Assembly: GCA_030770535.1 (NCBI GenBank)
Contig: JASVEC010000023.1
Span: 620,001-684,000 of the forward strand
Length of the DNA: 64,000 bases
Reading direction: 5' to 3'
From: Batkoa obscura
Taxonomy: Eukaryota
The position numbers were made by a program, and so were the translations under genes. The first letter of the stretch is position 1; the number at the start of each line of letters is the position of its first letter. Shown here in pieces: positions 36,690 through 50,154 of the stretch. The notes under the pieces are model-generated. The model saw nothing but the letters and a program-made list of their open reading frames with translations, did not search any database and was not told the origin of the DNA.

Positions 36690-38999
36690 TTGATGTATTT
36701 ACGAATGCTATGTTTATTAATATAAAAATAACTAGTTAGTATTTTGTATTAATAAACTATTATTTTTTAAAATTAGTATTATATCGGAATATGATTTTAG
36801 TTTTATCATATATACTTAAGCCTTTTGATTAAATAATAATTCAATATCATAACATACATAATACACAAAGAGAAAAGGAGTTATATAATCACTCAAAATA
36901 TAGATTGTTATCTTAGAGCTATGATTTGTTTTTTGTACAGCTTTAAAAAGCAGTTAATATTTTATAAAATTCTATAAATGCACCAACTTTTTATAATAGT
37001 ATTACTTTGTTTAATACAATAAATGCTTCAAAAATAGAACTCAAACTATTTCCTCATTTATGATATTGTTTTCAATTACTGAATTCTATTTACTAAAGAA
37101 TACTTATACAATATTAAAAATAAATATATTTATTTATGAAAAAAAGAGATTTTTTATAAAAAAAGCTGTTTCATCATAAAATGATTTAAAACCAAATTTA
37201 CTTTCTATTGTTCTTATAAGTCAAACTACTAAAATAAAATGATCTAAAAAACATAACAAAATAAAAACTATATCTTAATTCTTTACTTATAAATAATTTA
37301 TAAAACATTAAGATTAAACAAAAATAAAAAATGTCAATTTAAAACAACTTAAGATTAGGGATATAAATTTTTTAAATTAAATGAGTGACTTCTCCTTAAA
37401 ATACTTTGACATCATACTGCGGCGTTTTATATAGGTTTTATTCTTGAGCAATAGAATATCTATTTTTTTTAAAAACTTGAAACTTTCTTATAAATCAAAA
37501 AATAAACTTTGCCAAAGTTAAAATGACAAAGTAAGTGGTATTATGGACAAAGTTTAAAAAATATATAAATATTGACCTAAAATAGTAGAATTGATTGAAT
37601 GTGGTGATAGGCGGATTTAGTATAAATTAAAATTTTATTAGAAACACCATCTGTTCTCTCTATTCTTTTGGTAATTGAAATCCGTAGTACCCATACAACC
37701 TTATTGATTTTAAGTGCATAATCTTTATGCTAAAAGCTAGATCGCCGAATATTAAATTTACTTCCTGAAACTAAGGGATGATTCTGGCTTTATTGCTTAA
37801 TAATTATGGAATGATAGTTGTAGATTACTGCTAAACCTGACATGTTTAATAAAGATAATCAACATTTTTGCCTTTTGCTTAATATAATAATATATGTTCT
37901 TTACTGCTAAATAAACCACAGATACATTTATAAATGTCAAACTAGTTTTATAAGCTTATATTATTAAGCAAATATTAATTGATGCTTTTAGCTTATCTCA
38001 CACTTTCCTATCTAGATTAAAGTGTAAAAATATTTAATATTAAAAATAAGTTTATACTAGCCTAGCTAAATAGAATTAGCTAATATGAGGTAATAAAAGG
38101 GACTAAGTCAAATATCAAGAATGTGTTTATTAGTTGTTTTCTATTGTAATGACCTAATTTTAATAATTAATATTGATTAACTTCTTTAATTAAGACCAAA
38201 AGTTAAACCAGGTTAAGGCAAATTACTACACCTTTTTAATAGTGACTATAAGGCTAATTGCTAATAAATAGTAATAAATTTTACCATTATTAAGGGATAG
38301 ATACTCCTATTAAAATTCTAATAAATTATTTAATTTATTAAAGTTATCAGTTCCTCCCTATCACATGGTCAATTAAGATGATTCATTAGCTTTAATTGGT
38401 TCAAGGAGATTAAATATGATTCAATCCCCCAAATCAATCTCAGTTTTATGTTTAAAACAAATTAGCTCATAACTTTCTGACAATACCAAATTTAGTTAAT
38501 ATCAACTTTAATCTGGATAACTCAAGTTCATTCTTTTATTTTTTAGAAAATTATGAGGTAACGATCTGTATTAATAATTCAGTTATTTTTAGATTTTGTT
38601 TATAGCAAATCAACAAGCGATCTAAACCTTATTGAACCAATCATAAACTTAAAGAGTCAATGAGTCACTTGGCTAAGCACAGAGTGTAATTTTTAAGCAA
38701 CAAAAGAATAGCTGAATTAGAGGTTTTTCAATGAGCTTAAGCAAACCAAATTAAGGCATTTTAAAATCCCCACCCCCAATCATTGGCTTAGAACTTATCA
38801 AAATCAAGCTGAAAGAAAAGGGTATAAAACTAAGAAACCAAAAATCACAACTTACAATTTCTTTTTATTTTTTTTTAATTTTATTAATTGAAAATCTATT
38901 TTAATAGTTTTTTATAAACCACAGTTTCATTTATTTTTATTAAAACTATATCAGTTCTCTCTCTTTACTTTTATCAATCTACTTTAATTAACTATCATA

Positions 39000-39621
39000 A
39001 TGGAAAAAGATACTGCTAATAAAATCGAATTCTGCTCCAATGGCTGTGGTTTTTATAGGTAAATTCAATAATCATTTATTTATATTATAATAATTAACGC
39101 TTTATATTTTTAGTAATCCACTATTCAATAGTATGTGCTCCAAATGTTACAAAGAACAAAAAAAAGCCGAAGAGAGCAAAAATATGATCAAAGAATTAGC
39201 TACAACTACAACTGCCAATGTTAGACAAAGTAATTTGGCTTCAACAGTTGCTAAACCAGCTATAGAACATCATGAACTTAAGCCAACTAATGAACCTATA
39301 TTTACTGAAGAAAAACAGCTTACACCTGAAGTTAAACAACCTAACCCTGGTCGTTGTTATCAATGTAAAGCTAAAGTATCATTGATAAAGAGAACTACAA
39401 ATAAATGTAAATGCAGTAAGTTTTTAATATAGTATTTTATATGAAGATGAAAATATTAAACAATATTAATAGAACTTATATTCTGTGATAACCATAGACA
39501 ACCAGAAAATCATAGTTGCGAAGTTGATATTGCTAAACAAGATAAAGATGTACTTGCACAACGTAATCCTAAACTTCATTCTAAACCAACAGCGGGAAAT
39601 TCATTTACACGTATTGATTAA
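39000..39621 (+). CDS. A20 + AN1 zinc-finger protein (ZFAND5/6, SAP-like), 3 exons
   Basis: A20: [24 protein letters not shown] (across intron 1). AN1: RCYQCKAKV..NKCKCKLIFCDNHRQPENHSC..LAQRNPKL. Confidence 0.9.
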
Positions 39622-40346
39622 TTAAGATAGTGGAATATGTGTTGTACTTTTATTATCTAACTTTTTGTTTTTGCTTTTTATAAATTGAGATTAAAGCCCA
39701 TTTAAATTTTTTTATCTTTTTTAAGCTTTTTTGATTTTCATTTGTTAATTTTTCAAATTAAGTGGGGGGGGGAATATTTGTTTGATTCAGTTGAACTTTT
39801 AGTATTTTATTTATCTTTAACTGAAATAATAGTACTTTTCCAGTTTAGTTAATATAAAAATTTAATAACTAGATTGACCAACAAAAAACATGAAATCTAT
39901 TATTTTTAAAATTTGGATTTTGTAATATGAATTTTAATATGGTTTCATAATTTTCATATATTAAAATTTAATTTATAGTAAATTGACTAAGAACGGAGAA
40001 ATAAAAATGAACATTTTATTTTTATTTTTAAATATTTTTAAAATTAAGTTTCGTATTAATTCTTTGTTTTGAGAGAAATTAAAATAATCAAAATAATTTT
40101 TTTTAAAATGTTACAATTTATTTTCTAAATATAAAAAAATAATATGTTTCTAAATTAATAATATTAGAAATCATTTGAAATAGTTTGATATCATAAAAAA
40201 GGGCTTAAAAGCGTCAAGTAAACCACATCATCAAGATAACCACCTCATAAAAAAAGCCACAAAAAAAACAATTAAAAATCATTGAAAAAAGCTAACCCAA
40301 TCAAAAAAAAATCAAAAACTTAAAAAATAGCCTTAATTTACTGGAT

Positions 40347-43300
40347 TTATTTATTCATTTCACTAGCTTTGATGGTCATCACTGATTCCTGATCAGATAA
40401 CATTTCTTTTAATGATATTGGACTATTCAAAATCTCTTCTTTCTTTTCGCTTATTTTAATTGTATTTTCACTAATATCATCTAATTTAATATCATTTAAT
40501 TTTTCTTCACTTGCATCTTCTTTGAATTCATTACTAACTTGTTCTTCTTTAACTTCATTGCTAACTTGTTCTTCTTCTTTGATTTCATTAATAACTTCTT
40601 GTTCTTTTACATCCTCATTAACCTCTTCTACTTCTGCTTCTACTTCTGCTTCTTTTTTAACTTCATTAATAATTTGTTGTTCTTCTACATCCTCATTAAC
40701 TTCTTCTACTTCATTAGTCCCATTCATAATCTCTATTTTTTCTTTTCGATCATCAATAATTCCTTGTTTCTCTTTTACATCTTCAATCTCTTTTTCTACT
40801 CCTTTGATATTTCCAATAATTCCTTCCTTTTCCATCTCGATTTCCATCTCCTCTTTATCTTCCCCAATAGTCTCCAGCTCTTTATCCTCTTTTTCCTTAC
40901 CAATTGATTCTTGTTTAGAGAATACAGCCTCTTTAGCAGTTGAATAAACGGAATGGTCATCATAAAATAAATTATCTATATCTTTCATTTGTTTACTACA
41001 AATTAATAAAGTACCTGCTTTAACATTAGCTATTATACTATTATTATTATTATTGTTAAATGTTAATTGAATTGGGGCTAATGCTGTAGTACAATTTACG
41101 TTAAAATTGAAAGCAAATAAAGGTGGTTGTGGATTGGACGATTCGAATAAAGTAGCTATGTGTAATTGTGGATTATTAGTTTCCCATGTTAATTCTCTAG
41201 TAGAAGAATTCCATTCGGGATTTGGAATAGATTTAATATCATATGAAGATAATAATTGAGTAGATAATTTAACAAAATTCACTTGTTGTATTATGGGCTT
41301 ACAAGTAGCTATAAAAGCTAATTTATGTTGATATTGTGAATTATCTAATGTTTGTTTATGAAATATAGATTTTATAAAGAATGGTAAATTGAGATGAGAT
41401 GAATTTGCAGTTGATTGTAATTTATATTTAAATAAAGTAATTTGTTTTTCTTTAATAAGATCTAATGAATCTTTTATAAATTCGTAATTTTCATTATTGA
41501 GTTTTTGAATTACTTTATTATTGTGATATAATTGAATTTTTTGTTCTTCATTGAAATTCAATTGTAATTTATAATTAATCAAATCTTCTAATTGAATTTG
41601 ATGATTTATTAATATTTGAATTTCTCCACTAATTTGCAATTGGTTTTCTTCATTACAAGTAATTATACCATCTATAATTTCATTAGAATAAAATTTAATT
41701 AATTCTTTTTCAGGTTGATTATTATTAAATGAAGTAAATTCTGAAATAGGTCTTAAAGGTTGTGGACTTCTATTAAATCCAAAGGAATGATTATCTGACA
41801 TGTTAATTTCAGACATTGGTCTTATGTTTTCTTGTTCAAATAATTTAGATCCTTCTAAATTTTTTCTTTCTCTTCGAGTTCTACCTTGACGTTTTGTTAC
41901 TACTGGTGACATTTTTAATGAATTAGACATATTAGACATAGCTTTAGCTACATCATTTGGATCTTCTTGAATTACTTCATCTCGAATATCAAATTTTACT
42001 TTTTGTAATGTATTATTTTCTTCATTTTCAGAATCTGAATTAATATTTAAGCTTTCTTTTTCAATTGATATAGAATCTTTTTTAACTTTTTCATGTGGGG
42101 GAATGGTATATCCTTCTTCATCTACTTGATTTGATTTCTGTTAAAATTAATCAACTAACTATAATTTATCTTATAAATATTAATTTTACTTGAGAATAAA
42201 CTTCAGATCCACTTAAACTTATTGTTTCAGATGGACTATCTTTTGACGGGGGTTCGAAGGTATTATTGATTGTATTACTTTAAAATATTAGATATAAATA
42301 TATAATATATAAATATATAAATATATAAATTATTATAATAATTATAAAATACTTACGCTATATTTAAATTCGAATTTTTTCTAGGTCTTAATATCCAAGA
42401 ACCAAAACCAGCTAATTAATTATTAAATTAGACTAAATTAAATTAAACTATTATTAACATGAACTTACAATCAATTTTACTAGTTAATTTAAGGGAATTG
42501 TTAGAGTCTTAAAAATGAAATAATTATTAATTAGTGCTAAATAATTATCATTATAATATAAATTACTGTTATTGATTAAATTCAAATCTCTATAGCCAGT
42601 AGCGAAATCTAATAATTGTTCCTTAGTATCTAATGAAGTAATACTTTGCAAGGAATTTTGAGCCATCTAAAATAAAGTGAATATCTTTTCATAATAATAT
42701 AATATAATATAATATAATATAATATAATATAAAAATAATAACTGCTCTTAATATTATTAACTTACATTTAAATTATTTTGTAAACTTTCAATTTGAAAAT
42801 TTTCATAATTGCTTAATGCTTTTTTTAAAGTTTCTAAACGAGATTGATCTACTCTTTCATGTTGCTAAAAAAAGAATTAATATTAATATTAATATTAAGC
42901 TTATATCCTTCTAATGATAAATTATGTATTATTATAATTACCTCATAAAACCTTTTAATTTCTGAATCTAAAGTCACCCGAATCTCTTCTAAAGCTCTAG
43001 ATAATTCAACAATTTTTTCATCTAAAAAATCGATTAAAACACTATTGAATTTTCATAAATTATAATTTTACTCGTAGTTTCGTTTTTTCTTGATTTACTC
43101 TTAATTGATTTTTGCAACTAAATAATTAATAAAATGCAATATCAACTTCTCTTTTAAAAACTTACTTTTGCAATCTTAGCACTTTTTTCTTCATATTCTT
43201 TTGTAAGTCTCTGTGAATTACCTTCAATCTAAAATATTCAAATTTAATAAAAATTCAATAAAATATTCTGTTTCTTTATTTACCAATCGAATACTTGATG

Positions 43301-43853
43301 AATCCAAATGAATATTTGTAGATTCTCTTACAATTTTATCCACTTTTTTAGTGATATTTTGGGATAAAGTTTGATGATTAATCGATATTTCTTCAACTTC
43401 TTTTTGTAATTTACTAAGGATAGAATCCAAGTGACTATTATAATTAATAATTAATAACTAATGTTTTAAATAAATGTTTGAATTTATATAAAACAAAGGA
43501 AGATGACTTACTTAAACATTCCTTTTTCTGTGATATAACTTTTCTTTGCTAATTTTAATAATTGTTTGGAATATAATTCTTCAATTTGGGCCCTTTATAG
43601 ATAATAATAGTTAACTTAGTTTAATTCAATTGTTCGTTATTATTAGTTTATTGTTTTACCTTTCTCTAAAAAAATCAGATAACTCTTCATCTAATTGTTT
43701 ACTTTTTTTGACTCTTGCTCCCATGATTTCTAACCCAATTTTGGGTTTTTCTTTCTAATAAATCCAAATTAGTATTAGTATATTTCATTAAGATCAATAA
43801 TAATTAAGATGTATCTGATATTAACTTACCATGAATGTTTCTACATAACTCAT
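40347..43853 (-). CDS. SYP1: Syp1/FCHo-like endocytic adaptor (F-BAR + mu-homology-like domain + acidic tail), multi-exon
   Basis: MSYVETFM|KEKPKIGLEIMGARVKKSKQLDEELSDFFRERAQIEELYSKQLLKLAKK (FCH); last exon has muHD-like NEII..ISGEIQI..LFKYKL..IKSIPNPEWNSSTRELTW. Confidence 0.78.
42695..42731. repeat. (AATAT)n microsatellite in a SYP1 intron
   Basis: About 7 tandem AATAT units. Confidence 0.9.
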
Positions 43854-44542
43854 CTTTACTTTACTTTACTTTTAGTTGATTTGCTTTATATTTAAAATAA
43901 ATTGTCTTAATCTGAATTTTTTTTTTCGTTTTATATTTTACTAAATCTTTTTCAGCTGACCTAATTTATAACCATTTGAATTTTCAATCTTATACAATAC
44001 TAATTTTATTGGTCAATATTTTATCTAACCAATCATAAAGTAAAAATTAAGCTAACCAAAAACTTACTTTTTTCAGCCACCAAAAGCGAGTTAAACAAAA
44101 ATCCAGATTAACTCAATGACTATCAATATAGCCACCAAAATAATAACATATTCATTTGATCAAATAGATGGCTAAAACTTTAATTTCTATTTAATGACAA
44201 TATAAAATATACTTTAATAATATTGAATAGAAAATTATATTAAAAAGATTTACCAAAATCATAGAATTTTTATTTCCTTATTAAATATTTGAAATAATAA
44301 CAACATTCACTGAAATAAATAACATTAATAAAATTAAAACTTCGTTTTACAAATAACAAAATAATAGTTAAAAAAATCATTTAAATAATCATCTAATTCT
44401 ATATTTCTATATTTCTATATAATAAAAAAACAATTGACAAGTCAATATCGTTATCCTAACCACTAATTCGATATCAACTTATTTACATAAATAATATTTT
44501 CGTATATCAAAAATATAACAAAAATTAATTTCAATTCCCACT

Positions 44543-44906
44543 TTACTCTGCCTTTTTTATAGCTTTAACAATTCTCATTTCATCTTCATTCTCTCCCTCA
44601 CTCTCTTCTTCAGAACTTGATGAACTATTCCCACTATCACTTGAGTATAATCTAGGTATCGTTTGTAATTTTCTAATTGAACTAGCTAATTTATAATAAA
44701 AATTGCCATCATAATCACCGTATGGAGGGGGTAATTTCATTCTTTTACTTTGTGAGAGTTTTGCTAAAGTATCTAGGGAGTGAATTAATTTTAAAGCTAA
44801 TTTAGGTCGAGCATAACGGGTTTTTAAATAAACATATTCAAGGTTTGTTGGGGAACAAAAATTTTGAGTAATAGCTATAGTAAAATCTATATAATAAAAG
44901 AAACAA

Positions 44907-44946
<40 letters not shown>

Positions 44947-46371
44947 TAGTTATTCTATTCTAAATTTAGAAACTTACCAACATTAATAACAATATGACTC
45001 CAACCACCAGGTACAAATATAGTTTCTCCAGGCCTTTGTAATACTTGTTGCATTTTTAATATTTTGCCTAATGTAGGATCTAATACTGGATCCATAAATT
45101 CCTCTTGTTTTAAATTAGAAGAAATTCTAGCAGGTAATAAAAATTTAGGAAATACATCTGAAAACCAATTAATAGCTTCTCGATCTTTTCTACCATTACT
45201 TGGATCAATTAAATTTTTATCTGTGTTTGGTGGGAAAAGAACCCATCTAAATAAAACAGAAGATGGTCAATTAAATTTATTGATATTATTATAATATAAA
45301 TTTACCTTTTATATCCCTTAATTAAAGCATTCCATGCACTTGTACCTAAAAAATAAATTTAAATATCAATATAATTTATACATTAATCTTAATTATTACC
45401 TAATGGATCTATATGTATACTAAATAATAAATAAACAAATAAAAATGAATAATGATATAATATTAATATAATATAATATAAAACTTACTCAGTACCCGAT
45501 CTAGCAGCTCCAATAACAATCCAACGATATGGTGGTCTACGATTACCAGTTAAATGAAACAGATCAATATCAAAAAATTTTGGTATAAAAAAATCATTTA
45601 ATAAATTTTCTTTTTTAACTATATCTTTATCCTCTCCATTTATTTTTCGTTTATTATTATTGTTATTCTTCTTTTTTTTTAAATCCTTTTTCCTAGTTAC
45701 TGAAGAATCAAATACATATAATGGAGAATCATCTGTTATTCCTTCTGTTTTTAAGTAACTAAAATAATGTTTCATTTTAATATAAACACCATTATTTTTA
45801 TCATCATGGCCAACACGAAATTTTTCATTAGCATAAACTTGAGTAAAATACTATAAGATAAAAATTAAAATTAACAACACATAATTATTCAACTATTTCA
45901 TATTAAAATAATATTAAATAATCTTGTTTTACCTCTTCATTCCATTTATTTTTTGCTGGCCAAAGATCCGTTAATCCTTTAATAATTACAGGTATGTTTA
46001 GTTTTTCATACTTTTCAATAAATTCTTCACGAGAAGTTGATATATAATCGATTCTTTTTAATTTATCTAATTTGGGATCCATATACCAGTTTTGTTGATA
46101 ATAGGAATGTTGATTCCATTTATCAATTGGAAGAGCTAGTTGAAAGAAGAAAGAGTTAGTTGAAAGGGAAAGACATAGAGGATAATAAATAATTACATGA
46201 ACGAGCTAATTTTTTAGCTTTATTGATTTTTTTTTGAGATTTTAATGAATAAGTTGGAACATTTTTTGTTTTACTTGAATTATCTACTAAAATAAGGTTG
46301 AAATTGATTAATATTTTTAATTGAATATTACATTGTTTATTACTATTATTGTCCACCTTTAATTTTGTCAT
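44543..46371 (-). CDS. JMJD6: JmjC dioxygenase JMJD6 (PSR) ortholog, multi-exon
   Basis: [107 protein letters not shown]; Ser-rich/acidic tail. Confidence 0.92.
44911..44946. repeat. (AAT)n microsatellite in a JMJD6 intron
   Basis: About 12 tandem AAT units. Confidence 0.9.
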
Positions 46372-46561
46372 TAGAACTCAAATATTAATTAAAAAAGAAT
46401 TAAAAATCTATACAAATAAATTTACTAATTTTATTAAAAATAAATGATTTCATTTTTTTAGATTTTATTCTTTAAAAAAACGCCAATCAAAAAAAAATTA
46501 TATTTTAAATCCCCTCTCCTCCTCTTCTCACTACTAATAAACTAATAAACTTATAATAACA

Positions 46562-48142
46562 TTAAAGTGAAGTATAATTCTCATCTGCTACTCTTAATAA
46601 TGAATTTTCATTAATAGATTGGTTGTTTAATAGAGAATTCCCTCTTGATGCTGAAAATTGATTAAGATCATATGATTTCCTATTCTTATTACTTGTACTA
46701 AAAGATACATCAATTTCTAATGGAATAGACATTTTTCTATCTAGTAATGGACTAATTACATCCTCTGGATTACTATCATTCCTATTTAATATATCTACTC
46801 GCAATGGAAGTGAAACATCATGATCTTGTAGTAATCTCCCATTCTCACCTTTCCTCTCTCTTATTTCAGGTGGTGGATCTAATATTAAACTAGCAATATT
46901 GGATTCAATAGTATTAAAATTAACTTCATCACAAGAAGAAAAAGAATCGATTCTTTCTTTGTTATTTAAATCAAATAATGAGGACATATTATTCCGATCA
47001 TTTTGTTGTTTAATTATATTTTGATATGTTTTGATTCGATGGAATTTATATAATTTGTAGAATAGGTAGAGAAAGAGAATAAGGAAACTAAGTCCAATGG
47101 CAATGAGGTTACCTAGTAAAGCACCGGAAGTGACAATAGTATCTTTTTGCTCATCTGTTAATGGAATGGGAGCTAGGGCTGGAGATATAGTTTGTTCAGT
47201 TGTACTATTTTGTTTTAAAAATTGATTGTTTAAAGGCATAAAGTAATTTTGTCTATTTAAATTCATGGATTCATTATTAATAGTAAATAAATTAATATTG
47301 TTTAAATTATTAATAAAAAATAAATTATTATCTTTTATTACGGGTTGAAAATAATCATAATTATTATTTAATATATAATTATCATTATTATTATTATCTC
47401 TTTTAAATACATAATTTGATTTATCAATTATTATATTTTGTTGTTGATTATAAATATAAATATTAAACTTATCTTTAATTAAATACCAATTAGTTGAATT
47501 ATATTGTATTCCAATTGAATTAACATGAATTTTTTCAAATCCATTTATCTTCTGTGATTTCCAATGTTCTTTTACCATGTCTAATTTATATACTTTCGTA
47601 TTGTGATTACCAAACACAAACATCTTATTATCATTATCATCGCATATCACATTTGATGGATAAAAATTAGGTGATTTATTTAATATACTTGATTTTACTT
47701 TATTTATCTTCCTACTTCTAACATCTACTTTATATAACTTATAACTGGGATAAAAATATTCATCTGAACCCCCAAAGATGAAAAATTCTTGCTTATTTTT
47801 ATAATAACATGTTAAATGATTTGTTAAATACGGTTTATCTCCTTCCGTTTGAATCTCTTTTATTTCTTTATTCTTAATTCCAATTTCAATAAGATTAAAT
47901 TTATCGGTTAATAATATCAATTTATCATTAGTCATAGTAATGACTTTCTTTATGCCCACATTTAATTTTGAATTCGTTATTATGGGCTTGAATTTCATTT
48001 TAGATACATCCCCTTCCGTTAATTTTAATTCATATATATTATCATTATATTCATACTTGTTATCACTAAGTTGTTGTTTGCCTCCTATTAAATAAATACT
48101 ATCACCAAGTATTATGGTTTGAAAATCAATTATTGATGTCAT
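46562..48142 (-). CDS. Kelch/beta-propeller protein with a single TM helix and a low-complexity tail
   Basis: IYLIGG, FFIFGGSD and MFVFGN kelch-like motifs; TM LIAIGLSFLILFLYLFY followed by basic residues. Confidence 0.75.
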   Translation of the reverse strand: MTSIIDFQTIILGDSIYLIGGKQQLSDNKYEYNDNIYELKLTEGDVSKMKFKPIITNSKLNVGIKKVITMTNDKLILLTDKFNLIEIGIKNKEIKEIQTEGDKPYLTNHLTCYYKNKQEFFIFGGSDEYFYPSYKLYKVDVRSRKINKVKSSILNKSPNFYPSNVICDDNDNKMFVFGNHNTKVYKLDMVKEHWKSQKINGFEKIHVNSIGIQYNSTNWYLIKDKFNIYIYNQQQNIIIDKSNYVFKRDNNNNDNYILNNNYDYFQPVIKDNNLFFINNLNNINLFTINNESMNLNRQNYFMPLNNQFLKQNSTTEQTISPALAPIPLTDEQKDTIVTSGALLGNLIAIGLSFLILFLYLFYKLYKFHRIKTYQNIIKQQNDRNNMSSLFDLNNKERIDSFSSCDEVNFNTIESNIASLILDPPPEIRERKGENGRLLQDHDVSLPLRVDILNRNDSNPEDVISPLLDRKMSIPLEIDVSFSTSNKNRKSYDLNQFSASRGNSLLNNQSINENSLLRVADENYTSL

Positions 48143-48369
48143 TCAGTGATGATAATATTACTAGTGATGATATATATAATGATCTATCTATATTTACTAT
48201 TGAAGTGATTATATGATATTTAAATAATTAAATTAAAGAAAGAAAAAAAGGTAAATTTAAAAAAATCGGATGAATTTGAGTCCTTGTTATAGGGCTCAAA
48301 TTACTCCGTTTTTCTATTTTAAAGATTCGAAAAAAAATAAAGAACTTTTACTGTTCTTATCAATGATAT

Positions 48370-48544
48370 GGGGATGTCTAAATTGATTTCATTTTTTATC
48401 CAGTTTTTAAATTACTTTATTTAATGTATACTATGAATTAGCAAAAATTTTATTTAAAATTTTTTTTAATTTACTTAAATTATAAACTAATTATTTTATT
48501 ATTAAAATTACATTACTAACATATCATCAAATTAACAAATACTC
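48370..48544. mobile_element. Longer MITE variant B (related left end at 29941)
   Basis: GGGGATGTCTAAATTGATTTCATTTTTTATCCAGTTTTTAAA shared with 29941-30030; ATAT flanks. Confidence 0.55.
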
Positions 48545-48724
48545 ATATAATAAAGAGTAGTTGACTTTAAAACTACAATTAACTATTTCTATATAATATA
48601 AATAATATAATAATAGTTTTTATTTATTATTATAACTACTTGTTTTTTTGATTGTTTGTCAACTTAGCTATCAATAACTTAAACAATGTTAATATTTAAC
48701 AATTGATTTTATTGTTTGATGCTT

Positions 48725-49150
48725 TGTGAAATATCGCTTTGTCAGTTTTATGATTGACTATAACATAACAACCACTTAAGTCATTATGTTCTCAAGTTTA
48801 GACAGAATTAATCTTGAGTCTTTTATTTCAATTTACTATGAGAATTTCTGCCATGTGGTTCTGAAGGACATTATCTTCCTGTTTTAATATCTATCCTTGG
48901 AGTATAAAACAGGTTTTAGAACATAATAATTTAAGGCTTTTCAACTGAATTATTCCTTAATATTATGTTTTAATAAAGTCAGTAAATCTTTTTGATAGTA
49001 TTTTACCTAGATTTTACAGTAGTATTATCTGTTATATTTGTCTTACATAGTTTATAGCCTTCTATATGCTATTCTTCATAATTCAAGTCTATCCTATCTA
49101 TGTAGACCAAAATTTTTTTTGATTCCAACTACTGAGTGCCGGATTTTACA
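48725..49150 (+). mobile_element. Solo LTR (subfamily 2, diverged, internal deletion)
   Basis: TGTGAAATATCGC...GATTTTACA with GCTT TSD. Confidence 0.75.
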
Positions 49151-49570
49151 GCTTTAAAACTCTTTTTTGTTATCAAAAGTTTTGATGTTTATTAATTATA
49201 ATTTAAACTATTATATAGCTTATAATTTTTTCAAATATATAATCTAAAAAATTTAAAATTTTAAAAAGTTCTTTATATCTGCTTATATATTAACTTTCAT
49301 AAGCTTTTTAAATACTTCTTTTTTATATTAAATTAATCAAACAGTTTCTTGTATATGTTAAATCATGATTTAGTATTTTATATAAATAATTAAAATAAAC
49401 TTTACCTATTATTTCGTTCTTTTTTAAATATAAGATACCAAAACCTAATGTTGATATAGCTTATTTATTACAATGATTTAAATTTATTAGATCAGGACTT
49501 ATTTTTATTTCTATATTTTATTTAAATTTAAAATTATTGTTTAATTTTTATTAACTAATTTTTTAACTAA

Positions 49571-50034
49571 TGTGAAATATCCCTTTGTCAGTCCCATGGT
49601 TAATTATAACATAACAATCGTCTAAGCTGTTGTGTTCTCGAGCTCAGAGGAAATCAATCCCATGTTCTTATTTTGATTTGTTATGAGAATTTCTAGCTCC
49701 ATCCCAAAGAATATTATCTTCTCATTTTGATATTTATACTTTTCAGAGTATAAAAGAGTTTACAGAGTATAATAGTTCGAGGCTTTTTAACTGAATTATT
49801 CCCTGATATCTCAAACATTTAATAAAGCCACTAAGTTTTCTTAATAGTATTTTACGTAGATTTTACATTAGTATTGTCTATTCTATTTGTTTTATATAGC
49901 TTGTAACCTATTACGTGCTATTCTTTATAATCCAAGTCTATCTTAGTCACATAAACTAAGACCTTTCGACTTATAGTGTAGTCAACCCAGCAATAGCTGT
50001 TCTTGACTCCAAACCCTGAGTACCAGATTTCACA
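49571..50034 (+). mobile_element. Solo LTR, 464 bp (subfamily 1)
   Basis: TGTGAAAT...ATTTCACA with CTAA TSD. Confidence 0.8.
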
Positions 50035-50056
50035 CTAAAATTCTTAAAAAAGATAT

Positions 50057-50154
50057 GGGAGTGTTTTTTTTGACTTCATTATTTTTTCCATTTTTAAGCG
50101 CTATTTAAGCGGAAAAATTGCTAGTAAAATTTTTAAATACAAAAATACATCCCC
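50057..50154 (-). mobile_element. MITE family A copy
   Basis: Reverse orientation, ATAT TSD. Confidence 0.85.

Noticed and set aside
40522..40947. Ser-rich and Phe-rich plus-strand ORFs
   Set aside because: Antisense shadows of the Glu/Lys-rich SYP1 tail.
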